A DNA stretch of 64,000 nucleotides from Elusimicrobiota bacterium (GTDB lineage: Bacteria; Elusimicrobiota; Elusimicrobia; 2-02-FULL-39-32): assembly GCA_021730935.1 (NCBI GenBank), contig JAKFYJ010000011.1, positions 3,401 through 67,400 on the forward strand, written 5' to 3'. Shown here one piece after another: positions 17,614 to 25,712 of this stretch; within the stretch, counting starts at the first letter, position 1; every line of letters begins with the position of its first letter. Under the pieces are notes generated by a model that saw only the letters and a list, made by a program, of their open reading frames with translations, made no database searches and had not been told where the DNA came from. Position numbers and translations under genes: made by a program.

Positions 17614-17648
17614 AATGTTAGTATACTATCAATTTGTAAGTATGTCAA
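17614..17648 (-). promoter_or_regulatory. Consensus sigma70 promoter: TTGACA, 17-nt spacer, TATACT, then 6 nt, then ATG (predicted leaderless transcript of the wHTH gene)
   Basis: Minus-strand reading: TTGACA (17648..17643), a 17-nt spacer, TATACT (17625..17620), AACATT, then ATG (17613..17611). Confidence 0.55.
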
Positions 17649-17649
17649 G

Positions 17650-17688
17650 GGATCGTCTCAACTTCAGGCAGTTCGGGCATGATGGCTT
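17650..17688. repeat. 39-bp perfect direct repeat, copy 2 (a duplicated mutM 5' end; encodes MPELPEVETI then diverges)
   Basis: Identical to 17199..17237. It lies immediately upstream of the -35 of the wHTH promoter. Confidence 0.8.
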
Positions 17689-17749
17689 ATTGAAATTCAA
17701 GCTTTCTCATTCCGTGAAAAACTGATAAAACTTCTATAAAATATGAAAA

Positions 17750-18571
17750 CTAAGGCAATGTCCCAGTTACAACCATATAGTCTACTCCGCTACCCTCAAA
17801 TATTCGGTTCTCCATTGCTAAAAACACAGCAACGACATCGTGGTACACATAGATATCCTTAATTGCATACTGATATACTTCTCCTCGAGATTTCGGCAAT
17901 TTTTTGTCATCTTGCAAAATTTTCACTTTTCCTGTTGCAAGGTTGGTGATGGAAAGCTTGAAAGCTGCGAGTTCGACATTTTCACCATGTCCAATAGTAA
18001 ATGTCGATAGGAGAACTTCAAAAGACCGAGTAGAGAATGCTGATGATTTCTCATTGTAACGGAAATAGTATGGCGGGGCGATTCCATATCCGGATTGATC
18101 CCCGGAATAGCCTCCATCGACAAAAACTGCACGAAATGGATTAGGCGCGATTTCAGCGGCTCTGCGCGCCACAACATGATCACCAATATTTCCGTCTAAA
18201 ATTCCAAAATTATTTAGTTTATACTTAATCAATTTAAGCGTATCTGTTGAAATTACATGCTCTTCATCACCCATGCGAAGAGGAGAAACTGTCCACTGAT
18301 TAGAACTTACATTAATAATATACGTTGTTACCATTGTTGATGATCCTTCTAGGCCGTCATATACGGAAAAAGCAAGGTTTTTACCATTTGCATCAAAGCC
18401 ATGGAAGCGCAGTTCACAGAAAAAAGCAGCAAAAGTATACGAAACAACTAACAATAAAACCGCTAAACAAATAAAATGGAATTTAATAATTTTATTAATC
18501 ATTTTTAATTCCCTTATGATCTTCTTTCCGACTGTTTCGACTATATTTGAAAATGAGAGTATTAGAAGCAA
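17750..18571 (-). CDS. Hypothetical membrane-anchored/secreted protein in an AT-rich segment; the likely real start is the internal ATG near 18500 (MINKIIKFHF...)
   Basis: The track ORF starts at a TTG. The internal Met is followed by a TM/signal segment FICLAVLLLVVSYTFAAFF. The local GC (about 35-40%) is well below the flanking genes. No recognisable family. Confidence 0.45.
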   Translation of the reverse strand: MLLILSFSNIVETVGKKIIRELKMINKIIKFHFICLAVLLLVVSYTFAAFFCELRFHGFDANGKNLAFSVYDGLEGSSTMVTTYIINVSSNQWTVSPLRMGDEEHVISTDTLKLIKYKLNNFGILDGNIGDHVVARRAAEIAPNPFRAVFVDGGYSGDQSGYGIAPPYYFRYNEKSSAFSTRSFEVLLSTFTIGHGENVELAAFKLSITNLATGKVKILQDDKKLPKSRGEVYQYAIKDIYVYHDVVAVFLAMENRIFEGSGVDYMVVTGTLP

Positions 18572-18673
18572 TCAACGGAATCTCTATCATAAACGTTTCA
18601 ATCCTTCAGATATATTTCCGCTTGTTGTTTTCCAACATAACTTACACATATCTTCAGGAGAAGGATTATGGTC

Positions 18674-19465
18674 TCAATGCTTCATTGAGGAATAGCGCCG
18701 CATGGTTTCGCGTTCCTGGTCGGTGAGGCTATCCGCCCCGTAGCGGAGGACTTTTTCCAAAATTTTGTCGACTTCCCTCACGAGGTCTTCTTTTTTGACA
18801 CGGGGTTCGCGTTTGGGTTTGGGCGGCGCCGGGTTTTGGACCACGAACAGGTCGGCCCCCTTGTGCATGACGCGGTTCCACCGCGAACGGAATTCATAAG
18901 ACTTGAGATAAAGATATCCCGTGAGCATGCCTCCCAGGTGGGCGAACCGGGCGATGTGGGTGCTGGACCCGTCATAGCTGGCCAGGAACTCGAAAACGCC
19001 GATCAGGATGACGAAATGCTTGGCCTGGAGAGGGATGATGCCGTAAAGATAGATCACGGATTCCGGGAACACGACGGCGAAGGCGACGAAGAGACCGTAA
19101 AGCCCGCCGCTGGCGCCGATGGTGGGCACAACGGAAAAAGGGTCCACGACGGTGTTCAGGATGCCCGCCCCCAAAGCGCAGGTGAAATAAAATTTAAGGA
19201 ATTCCTTTGTGCCCCAGCTCCATTCCAGCTCTTTGCCGAACATCCAAAGCGCGAACATGTTGAAGAGGACATGGAAAAAGCTTCCGTGCAGGAATTGATA
19301 GGTGAAGAGGCGCCAGATTTCGAGGGAAAGGACTTTCGCGGGGATCAGCCCAAGGTTCATTTCCAGGAAAGAGCCCGTGAAGCGCTGCGCGATATAGACC
19401 AGACCCGTGATGATCAGAAGCCATTTGACGCCCGGCGGGAGGCGCGCGAAAGAAAAAGGGTTCAT
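18674..19465 (-). CDS. Rhomboid-family intramembrane serine protease
   Basis: Six TM segments. The catalytic Ser motif GASGGLYG and the His motif AHLGGMLTG are both present. Confidence 0.85.
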   Translation of the reverse strand: MNPFSFARLPPGVKWLLIITGLVYIAQRFTGSFLEMNLGLIPAKVLSLEIWRLFTYQFLHGSFFHVLFNMFALWMFGKELEWSWGTKEFLKFYFTCALGAGILNTVVDPFSVVPTIGASGGLYGLFVAFAVVFPESVIYLYGIIPLQAKHFVILIGVFEFLASYDGSSTHIARFAHLGGMLTGYLYLKSYEFRSRWNRVMHKGADLFVVQNPAPPKPKREPRVKKEDLVREVDKILEKVLRYGADSLTDQERETMRRYSSMKH

Positions 19466-22212
19466 TAGATCTTTAATTTCTCCATGTCCGCCCAGTTGGG
19501 GCCGGTTTTCAAATCCGCTTTGAGCGGGACGTCGAGCTGGACGGCTTTTTCCATCTCTTGTTTGACGAGCTCTGCGGTTGTTTTCAGTTCGGCTTGGGGC
19601 ACTTCAAAAAGCAGGTCATCGTGGACCTGCAACAACATTCTTGCAGAAAGTCCGTTGGATTTCAATGCCTTGTGAATGTTTATCATGGCGGCCTTGATGA
19701 TGTCCGCGCTGGTCCCCTGAACCGGCGTGTTCATGGCGGTTCTCTCGGCAAAAGAGCGCATCTGCATGTTTTTGGAATTGATTTCCGGCAAATATCGGAT
19801 GCGGCCCAAAAGCGTTTTGACGAATCCGTTCGCGTGCGCCTCTTTTTTTATGTTTTCGATCCAGGTTTTGATGCCGGCATATTTTTCAAAATATTTATTG
19901 ATCAATTCCTGCGCGTCTTTCATGGGAATCCCCAGCTGTTGGGAGAGGCCGAAGGCCTGCTGGCCATAAACGATGCCGAAATTGATCGCTTTTGCTCTGC
20001 TTCTCTGCTCGTCTGTGACCTCTTCGGGCGGGAGGTGAAGCACCTGGGCGGCTGTGGCGCGGTGGATGTCCCCCCCTTCGTGAAAAGCTTTCTTGAGAGC
20101 GGGGTCTCCTGAAAGATGGGCCAGAACTCGGAGGTCAATTTGGGAATAATCCGCCGATAAAAAAATATATCCCGATTCCGGAACAAAGGCCCGGCGGATC
20201 ATCCGGCCCAATTCTGTGCGGATGGGAATGTTCTGAAGGTTGGGGTCCGTTGAAGACAGCCGTCCCGTGGAAGTTCCGGCCTGGTTGAAAGAGGTGTGGA
20301 CCCGAAGCGTCTTGGGGTCCAGTTCCGCGAGCAGTCCTTCAATAAAAGTGGATTTCAGTTTGGAGAGTTCCCGGTGCTTGATCAAAAGGCCCGGCAGTTC
20401 ATGAGAAGCGGAAAGGGTTTTCAGGACTTCCTCGTCGGTGGAAAACCCGGTTTTGGTTTTGCGCACCGTCGGGAGTTTCAGTTTCTCAAAAAGGATCACG
20501 GCCAGCTGTTTGGAAGAATTCAGGTTAAACTCCTGGCCCGCCAGCTCAAACGCCTTTTTTTCTATGCCCCCGATCTCTTCCCTGAACTTCTCGCCCAGAT
20601 TTTCCAGAAATTTGACGTCGACTCGGATCCCGGCCGTTTCCATGCCTGACAAAATTTCCACGAGCGGCATCTCAAGCTCATAAAAAAGTTTTTCGAGTCC
20701 TTTTTCCTTAAGTTTCGGTTCAAAATATTCCATGAGCTGAAGCGTGCAGTCCGCGTCCGCGCAGGCATAAGGCGAAGCTTTTTCAATCTCCACCTGGTCC
20801 ATCGGAAAATCGTTCGCTCCGGATTTTTTTGTTCCTTTGGGAACGAGCTCTTCAATGCGGGTCATCTGCCGACCCAAAAATTCGGAGGCGAGATCTTTCA
20901 AACCATAGCTGGTCCTGGACGGATCCAAAACATAGGCCGCCACCATCGTGTCAAAATGGAGGTTTCTGATCTGCATCCCGTCTCTCGTGAGGATTGAATA
21001 ATCAAATTTTAAATTCTGGCCCGCTTTCTGGATATGGGGATCGCTGAGCGCCTCCCTGAGGACTTCAAAAACTCTTTTTTTCCTGATCTGTTCCGGCGCG
21101 CCCAGATAATGATGAGAGATGGGGATATAGGCCGCGTGTCCCCCGCCCCAGCCGAGAGAAATTCCCACCAGTTCGGACTGGGAGATTGAGAGCCCTGTCG
21201 TTTCCACATCCAGCGCTATTTTCTTTGATTTTTTTATGTCCGATGCAAGTTTTTCGAGGTCATTCTCCGTCAGGATCGTCTGATAATGAGTTTCGTGCTG
21301 TTGAAGGTCCTTTTTCTCCGTGACGAAAATCCCTTTGGAATAGAGGTCCCGGATGATGCCGCGGAATTCCAGCTTTTCAAATTCTGGAAGCATTTTGTCT
21401 TTGTCAAAAGGTTTCAGCTTGATTTCGTCCCAGTCCAGATTGAGAGGAACATCGGCTTTGAGAGTCACGAGGTGTTTGGACTTTTCAATTAAATCGATCG
21501 ATGAAAGGATTTTTTCTTTGAGTTTCTCGGAGAGGCCGGTGGGATGCTCGACGAGGTTTTTCAGGTTTCCGTGTTCCTGAATGAGTTTGACCGCTGTCTT
21601 TTCCCCCACGCCGGCAACTCCGGGAATGTTGTCCGAAGTGTCGCCCATGAGCGTGAGGACGTCGCCGATTTGTTCGGGGGTCACTCCCCATTTTTCTTTG
21701 ACGGTTGCAGGATCAAAAACGATCTGTTTGGGTTCGTTGAAAACTTTGACGTGTTCATCCACGATCTGCAGAATGTCTTTGTCGCCTGAGACGATCAGCA
21801 CGTCAAGCCCTTTTTTGCGGCCTTCCCTGGCCATTGTGGCGATGATGTCGTCGGCTTCATAGCCCTGAAGTTCAAACGAAGCCAGTCCCATGGCGCGGGT
21901 CACATCTCTCGACAAGGGAAACTGGGATTTCAGCTCGGGATCCGTTTCTTTGCGGGTGGCTTTATATTCTGGGAATATGTCGTCTCGGAAGGTTGGGCCT
22001 TTGGCGTCGAAACAGACGGCCATATAGTCCGGTTTCTGGTCGTGGATGACCTTGAAAAGCATGCGCGCGAACCCATAAACGGAATTGATGGGCTGGCCCG
22101 CGGAAGTGGTCAGAGGCGGAAGCGCGTGATAGGCCCGGTGGAGATACCCATAGGCATCGATGAGGAGCAGTAGGGGCGACTCATGAGTCGCCCTTACAGA
22201 ATGAGTCGTCAT
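19465..22212 (-). CDS. polA: DNA polymerase I
   Basis: 915 aa. A 5'-3' exonuclease N-terminus, a 3'-5' exonuclease region, and a polymerase domain with the motifs DYSQIDLR, KAINFGIVYG and QVHDDLLFE. Confidence 0.95.
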   Translation of the reverse strand: MTTHSVRATHESPLLLLIDAYGYLHRAYHALPPLTTSAGQPINSVYGFARMLFKVIHDQKPDYMAVCFDAKGPTFRDDIFPEYKATRKETDPELKSQFPLSRDVTRAMGLASFELQGYEADDIIATMAREGRKKGLDVLIVSGDKDILQIVDEHVKVFNEPKQIVFDPATVKEKWGVTPEQIGDVLTLMGDTSDNIPGVAGVGEKTAVKLIQEHGNLKNLVEHPTGLSEKLKEKILSSIDLIEKSKHLVTLKADVPLNLDWDEIKLKPFDKDKMLPEFEKLEFRGIIRDLYSKGIFVTEKKDLQQHETHYQTILTENDLEKLASDIKKSKKIALDVETTGLSISQSELVGISLGWGGGHAAYIPISHHYLGAPEQIRKKRVFEVLREALSDPHIQKAGQNLKFDYSILTRDGMQIRNLHFDTMVAAYVLDPSRTSYGLKDLASEFLGRQMTRIEELVPKGTKKSGANDFPMDQVEIEKASPYACADADCTLQLMEYFEPKLKEKGLEKLFYELEMPLVEILSGMETAGIRVDVKFLENLGEKFREEIGGIEKKAFELAGQEFNLNSSKQLAVILFEKLKLPTVRKTKTGFSTDEEVLKTLSASHELPGLLIKHRELSKLKSTFIEGLLAELDPKTLRVHTSFNQAGTSTGRLSSTDPNLQNIPIRTELGRMIRRAFVPESGYIFLSADYSQIDLRVLAHLSGDPALKKAFHEGGDIHRATAAQVLHLPPEEVTDEQRSRAKAINFGIVYGQQAFGLSQQLGIPMKDAQELINKYFEKYAGIKTWIENIKKEAHANGFVKTLLGRIRYLPEINSKNMQMRSFAERTAMNTPVQGTSADIIKAAMINIHKALKSNGLSARMLLQVHDDLLFEVPQAELKTTAELVKQEMEKAVQLDVPLKADLKTGPNWADMEKLKI

Positions 22213-22706
22213 TTAATCAATTGATTGATCTGATTTTCCCATTCCGCGCCCATGGCCGGGTCAAAGCCCTGATAAATCTTGGCGATGATTCCTTTTTTAT
22301 CGATCAAAATAAAGGTCGGAATGGCTCGGACTCGGTATATCGTCTGAATATCGGAGTCTGCATAGGCGACGGGATATTTTATGGCTTCCTTTTTGACGAA
22401 AGGCGGCACGGCTTTGTGTTCTTCATCCAGGCTGATGGAGATCACTTCGAATTTGGGGCTCTTCATTTTGTCATAAAGCTTCTTGAGGACAGGCGTCGAC
22501 ATTCGGCAGGGCGGGCACCAGGTGGCCCAAAAATCGAGGAGGACGACTTTGCCTTTATAATCTTCCAGCTTTATGGTTTTGCCGTCCACGCTCAGGAGCG
22601 AAAAGGGAGGCGCGGGCTGGTTCAGCCGGGCCGCGGACTGGTTTTCAGCTGAACTTCCCCCGCAGGCGAACAGGAAGAGGGCGACGAAAGGGAGGAATCG
22701 TTTCAT
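22209..22706 (-). CDS. TlpA/ResA-like thiol-disulfide oxidoreductase, probable lipoprotein
   Basis: The thioredoxin motif WATWCPPCR is present. The signal sequence MKRFLPFVALFLFAC has a lipobox. The start overlaps the polA stop. An alternative upstream ATG is at 22742. Confidence 0.8.
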   Translation of the reverse strand: MKRFLPFVALFLFACGGSSAENQSAARLNQPAPPFSLLSVDGKTIKLEDYKGKVVLLDFWATWCPPCRMSTPVLKKLYDKMKSPKFEVISISLDEEHKAVPPFVKKEAIKYPVAYADSDIQTIYRVRAIPTFILIDKKGIIAKIYQGFDPAMGAEWENQINQLIK

Positions 22707-22803
22707 ATTGGGATAGTTTATCAAAAAAAAAGCAGGACACAAGGCCGCCCCTTTGAGGGAGGCGGAACCTTGTGCCCTGAAACGGCGTGTTAAAGAACTT
22801 CTT

Positions 22804-23961
22804 TTAGAACTTGTAGATGAACTCCGCGGAAGCAGAGTTGGTGTCGCTTCCGGTGAATCCGCCGACTTCTCTTTCGAACACCGTGGTTCTGGATGTCCAA
22901 TCGTGGCGGTATTCCACTCTCATCACGAGCGAGTCCGTCAGGTTGACCTGAGGAGCGATCGTGAGGTTTTGAGCGATGGTGGTGGCTCCGGTGACGCCAT
23001 TGCCGGTGCGGGCCCCGTCCAGGTCGGAGAACCATTCATAGCGCGCTCCGAGGGAGAGCTTGTTGTTGAATTCATATTTGGGCTGAATGCCGACGCCATA
23101 CCAATGTCCCACGCCGCCGTCCGCAACGCCGTTGCTGTCGCGGTCCGCGATGTTGGTGTTTTCTTCAGTTCCCGCATTGCCCTGAAGGTTCAGGGTCAGC
23201 TTCTTGCAGGGTTTGATGGCCCAGGTGGTGTCGATGGAAGTTCTCCGGTCATCCGCATAATTCGTTCCTGCGACCGGGCTCTTTTCCGCGCCATAGATGA
23301 AAGACACGGAGCCTGAGACCATGTCGCAAAGGTTCAATCCGAGCTTCGCGAGGAGGGTCTTTCCATAGTTGTTGTCTGTATGGAGATCCCATCCGTTGGC
23401 GGCTCCCACCCAGAGGTCAACCTTGGAAATCGCATATCCGGCCATTGCGCCGACATGCGTATAAGGTTCCGCGAGCCCGAAAAGGAATCCGCGGGTGATC
23501 GTCGCATCGTCTTTGGATTCGATCACTTCAATGCCTTCGGTCGTCACGAACTTTCCGGCTTTGAGCATGATTCCGGTGATGGGGCATTTATAGGTCAAAT
23601 ATGCCTCAGCCAATTCGAAGTTATAGGCATTCGTTGAGGGGGCGGTGGGAAGACCCGCGTCCGCTCCTGTTCCTCCCGACTTAAACACAGACGCGTCGGT
23701 CCCATAAGCGAGCTTGGTGAGATATCCGATGCCGTCTTTCGAGCCGTCGATCTGAATTTGCGCGTTATTCAGAAGGAAGCTGTCCGTCCGTCTGTCGAAA
23801 GACCTCAGGGCCGTTGTTCTGCTTTTGGGCCGGTTGAAGTCATAGTTATAGGTGGTGTCGATGAAGCCGCTGATGCGGGGGGCTTCAGCGCGAACTTGAG
23901 CGGCGAGCGTGGATACAAGCAAAAGTCCAGCTAACCGCAGATGCGATTTGCGTTTTGACAT
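22804..23961 (-). CDS. Outer-membrane porin, paralog 1
   Basis: Signal peptide MSKRKSHLRLAGLLLVSTLAAQVRA. A beta-barrel ending in EFIYKF. The SD GGAGG lies 7 nt before the ATG at 23961. It is about 70% identical to the neighbouring ORF 24129..25256. Confidence 0.6.
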   Translation of the reverse strand: MSKRKSHLRLAGLLLVSTLAAQVRAEAPRISGFIDTTYNYDFNRPKSRTTALRSFDRRTDSFLLNNAQIQIDGSKDGIGYLTKLAYGTDASVFKSGGTGADAGLPTAPSTNAYNFELAEAYLTYKCPITGIMLKAGKFVTTEGIEVIESKDDATITRGFLFGLAEPYTHVGAMAGYAISKVDLWVGAANGWDLHTDNNYGKTLLAKLGLNLCDMVSGSVSFIYGAEKSPVAGTNYADDRRTSIDTTWAIKPCKKLTLNLQGNAGTEENTNIADRDSNGVADGGVGHWYGVGIQPKYEFNNKLSLGARYEWFSDLDGARTGNGVTGATTIAQNLTIAPQVNLTDSLVMRVEYRHDWTSRTTVFEREVGGFTGSDTNSASAEFIYKF

Positions 23962-23979
23962 TTTGTCCTCCTTGTTTAT

Positions 23980-24034
23980 GTCCCGTTTAATACGGGACTT
24001 GGAGGCATTATACAAAAATTTTTTTTGAGGTCAA
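23980..24034 (-). promoter_or_regulatory. sigma70 promoter (TTGACC, 16-nt spacer, TATAAT) plus a 5'-UTR hairpin for porin paralog 1
   Basis: Minus strand: the -35 TTGACC is the revcomp of 24029..24034, and the -10 TATAAT is the revcomp of 24007..24012. A perfect hairpin gtcccg-tttaata-cgggac at 23980..23998 lies between the TSS and the SD. Confidence 0.5.
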
Positions 24035-24128
24035 CAAAAAACCGAACGCGGACCGCTTGGTAAACAAGGAGGTTACCAAAGGCAGGTCGCGCGTCCGGAA
24101 TTGTGAATTACTTTAAAGTAACTTCAGT

Positions 24129-25256
24129 TTAGAACTTGTAAATGAACTCAACCGAAGCGGTGTTGGTGTCCGATCCCGTGAAGGCTCCGAGCTCGCGCTC
24201 AAAGACCGTGGGGCGGGTGGACCAGTCGTGGCGATATTCCACTCTGGCCTGGAGGTTGTCCGTGACATTCACCATGGGGCAGATCGTGAGGTTCTGCACC
24301 ACCTGGGTGGTTCCGGTCCTGGCTCCGTCCAAATCAGAGAACCACTCGTATCTTCCGCCGAGGGAGATTTTCGAGTTGAAGTCGAACTTGGGCTGGATGC
24401 CTGCGCTATACCATTGGCCTTGTCCGCCGTCAGCAATGCCGTCCGAGTTCCGGTCGGCGATACTGGTATGGTCTTCCGCCCCAATGTCCCCTTGCAGAGC
24501 CAGGGTCAAAGATTTCATAGGTTTGATCGTCCAGACCGTGTCCACGGAAGTTCTTGCATCCACTGTTTGGGCTGTTTTTTCCGCTCCATAAAGGGCGCTG
24601 AACTGTCCGGAAATCATGTCGCACAAAGGCAGTCCGAGTTTGGCGATGAGCGTCTTGCCGCTGTTGTTGTCGGTGTGGAGATCCCAGCCGTTGACGACGC
24701 CGACGTCCAAAGTCACTTTAGGCAAAGCATATCCCAGCATGGCGCCCACATGGGTATAGGCTTCGGCCAGGCCGAACATATATCCGCGGGTGATGGTGAA
24801 ATCATCTTTGGATTCAATGACTTCGATCCCGTGAGGCGTCACAAACTTACCTGCCTTGAACATAAGTCCAGTGATGGGGCATTTATAGGTCATATAGGCC
24901 TCTTCAAGTTCGAAGTTATAAGCCACGGTGGAGGGCGCCGCAGGAAGTCCCGCGTCAGCTCCTGTGCCTCCGGATTTGAATACCGAAGCGTCAGTTCCAT
25001 AGGCCAGCTTTACGAGGTATCCGATGCCGTCTTTCGAGCCGTCGATCATGACCTGGGACTGATTGAGAAGGAAGGTGTCCGTCCTGGCATCAAACGACCG
25101 GAGCGCGGTCTTTCTGCTCAAGGGGCGGTTGAAGTCATAGTTATAGGTGGTGTCGATGAATCCGCTGATGCGGGGCGCGTCTGCTTTTGCGAGGGATGGG
25201 AGACAGAGGCCCAACGCCAGGCCCGCCGTCCATAGATACGATTTCTTGCTGTTCAT
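24129..25256 (-). CDS. Outer-membrane porin, paralog 2 (last gene of the amtB-glnK operon)
   Basis: Signal peptide. Shared blocks with paralog 1 include APRISGFIDTTYNYDFNRP and KLAYGTDASVFKSGGTGADAGLP. The SD GGAGGAC lies before the ATG at 25256. Confidence 0.6.
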   Translation of the reverse strand: MNSKKSYLWTAGLALGLCLPSLAKADAPRISGFIDTTYNYDFNRPLSRKTALRSFDARTDTFLLNQSQVMIDGSKDGIGYLVKLAYGTDASVFKSGGTGADAGLPAAPSTVAYNFELEEAYMTYKCPITGLMFKAGKFVTPHGIEVIESKDDFTITRGYMFGLAEAYTHVGAMLGYALPKVTLDVGVVNGWDLHTDNNSGKTLIAKLGLPLCDMISGQFSALYGAEKTAQTVDARTSVDTVWTIKPMKSLTLALQGDIGAEDHTSIADRNSDGIADGGQGQWYSAGIQPKFDFNSKISLGGRYEWFSDLDGARTGTTQVVQNLTICPMVNVTDNLQARVEYRHDWSTRPTVFERELGAFTGSDTNTASVEFIYKF

Positions 25257-25346
25257 GTGTCCTCCTTGGGATTATGTTTTATTTTGAAAATCGGCCGGGC
25301 CCTGAGCCGGGCGTTTAAGCCCTGCCCAGAGACCCGGAAGTTTGAT

Positions 25347-25688
25347 TTATGCGACCACTTTTTCGCCGCGTTCTGCCGTGCGGATGCGGATGGCTTCTTC
25401 AATGGGTGAGATGAAGATCTTTCCGTCTCCCACCTGGCCTGTGGCCGCCGCTTTCAAGATGGCGTCCACGAGACCTTTCACTTCGCCGTCCGGAGCGATG
25501 ATTTCGATCTTCGTTTTAGGAAGGAAATCAATCTTGAAGGGGCGTCCCCGGAACTGTTCCGTGAGACCCTTCTGCTTCCCGTGGCCTTCGATGTCCGTGA
25601 CCATCATGCCCGGACAATGGATCGCGTCCAGAGCATCTTTAACTTCGGTCAGTTTTTCTCTTCTGATGATGGCTTCAATTTTTTTCAT
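25347..25688 (-). CDS. glnK: Nitrogen regulatory protein P-II
   Basis: 112 aa. MKKIEAIIRREKLTEVKDAL... T-loop GHGKQKG. Confidence 0.9.
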   Translation of the reverse strand: MKKIEAIIRREKLTEVKDALDAIHCPGMMVTDIEGHGKQKGLTEQFRGRPFKIDFLPKTKIEIIAPDGEVKGLVDAILKAAATGQVGDGKIFISPIEEAIRIRTAERGEKVVA

Positions 25689-25712
25689 ATTATTCTCCTT
25701 GTATTAGGCAAA

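Noticed and set aside
24228-25235. 335-aa plus-strand ORF overlapping porin paralog 2 (and 22753..23316 over paralog 1)
   Set aside because: Antisense to genes that have a signal peptide, an SD and a barrel C-terminus. No features of its own.
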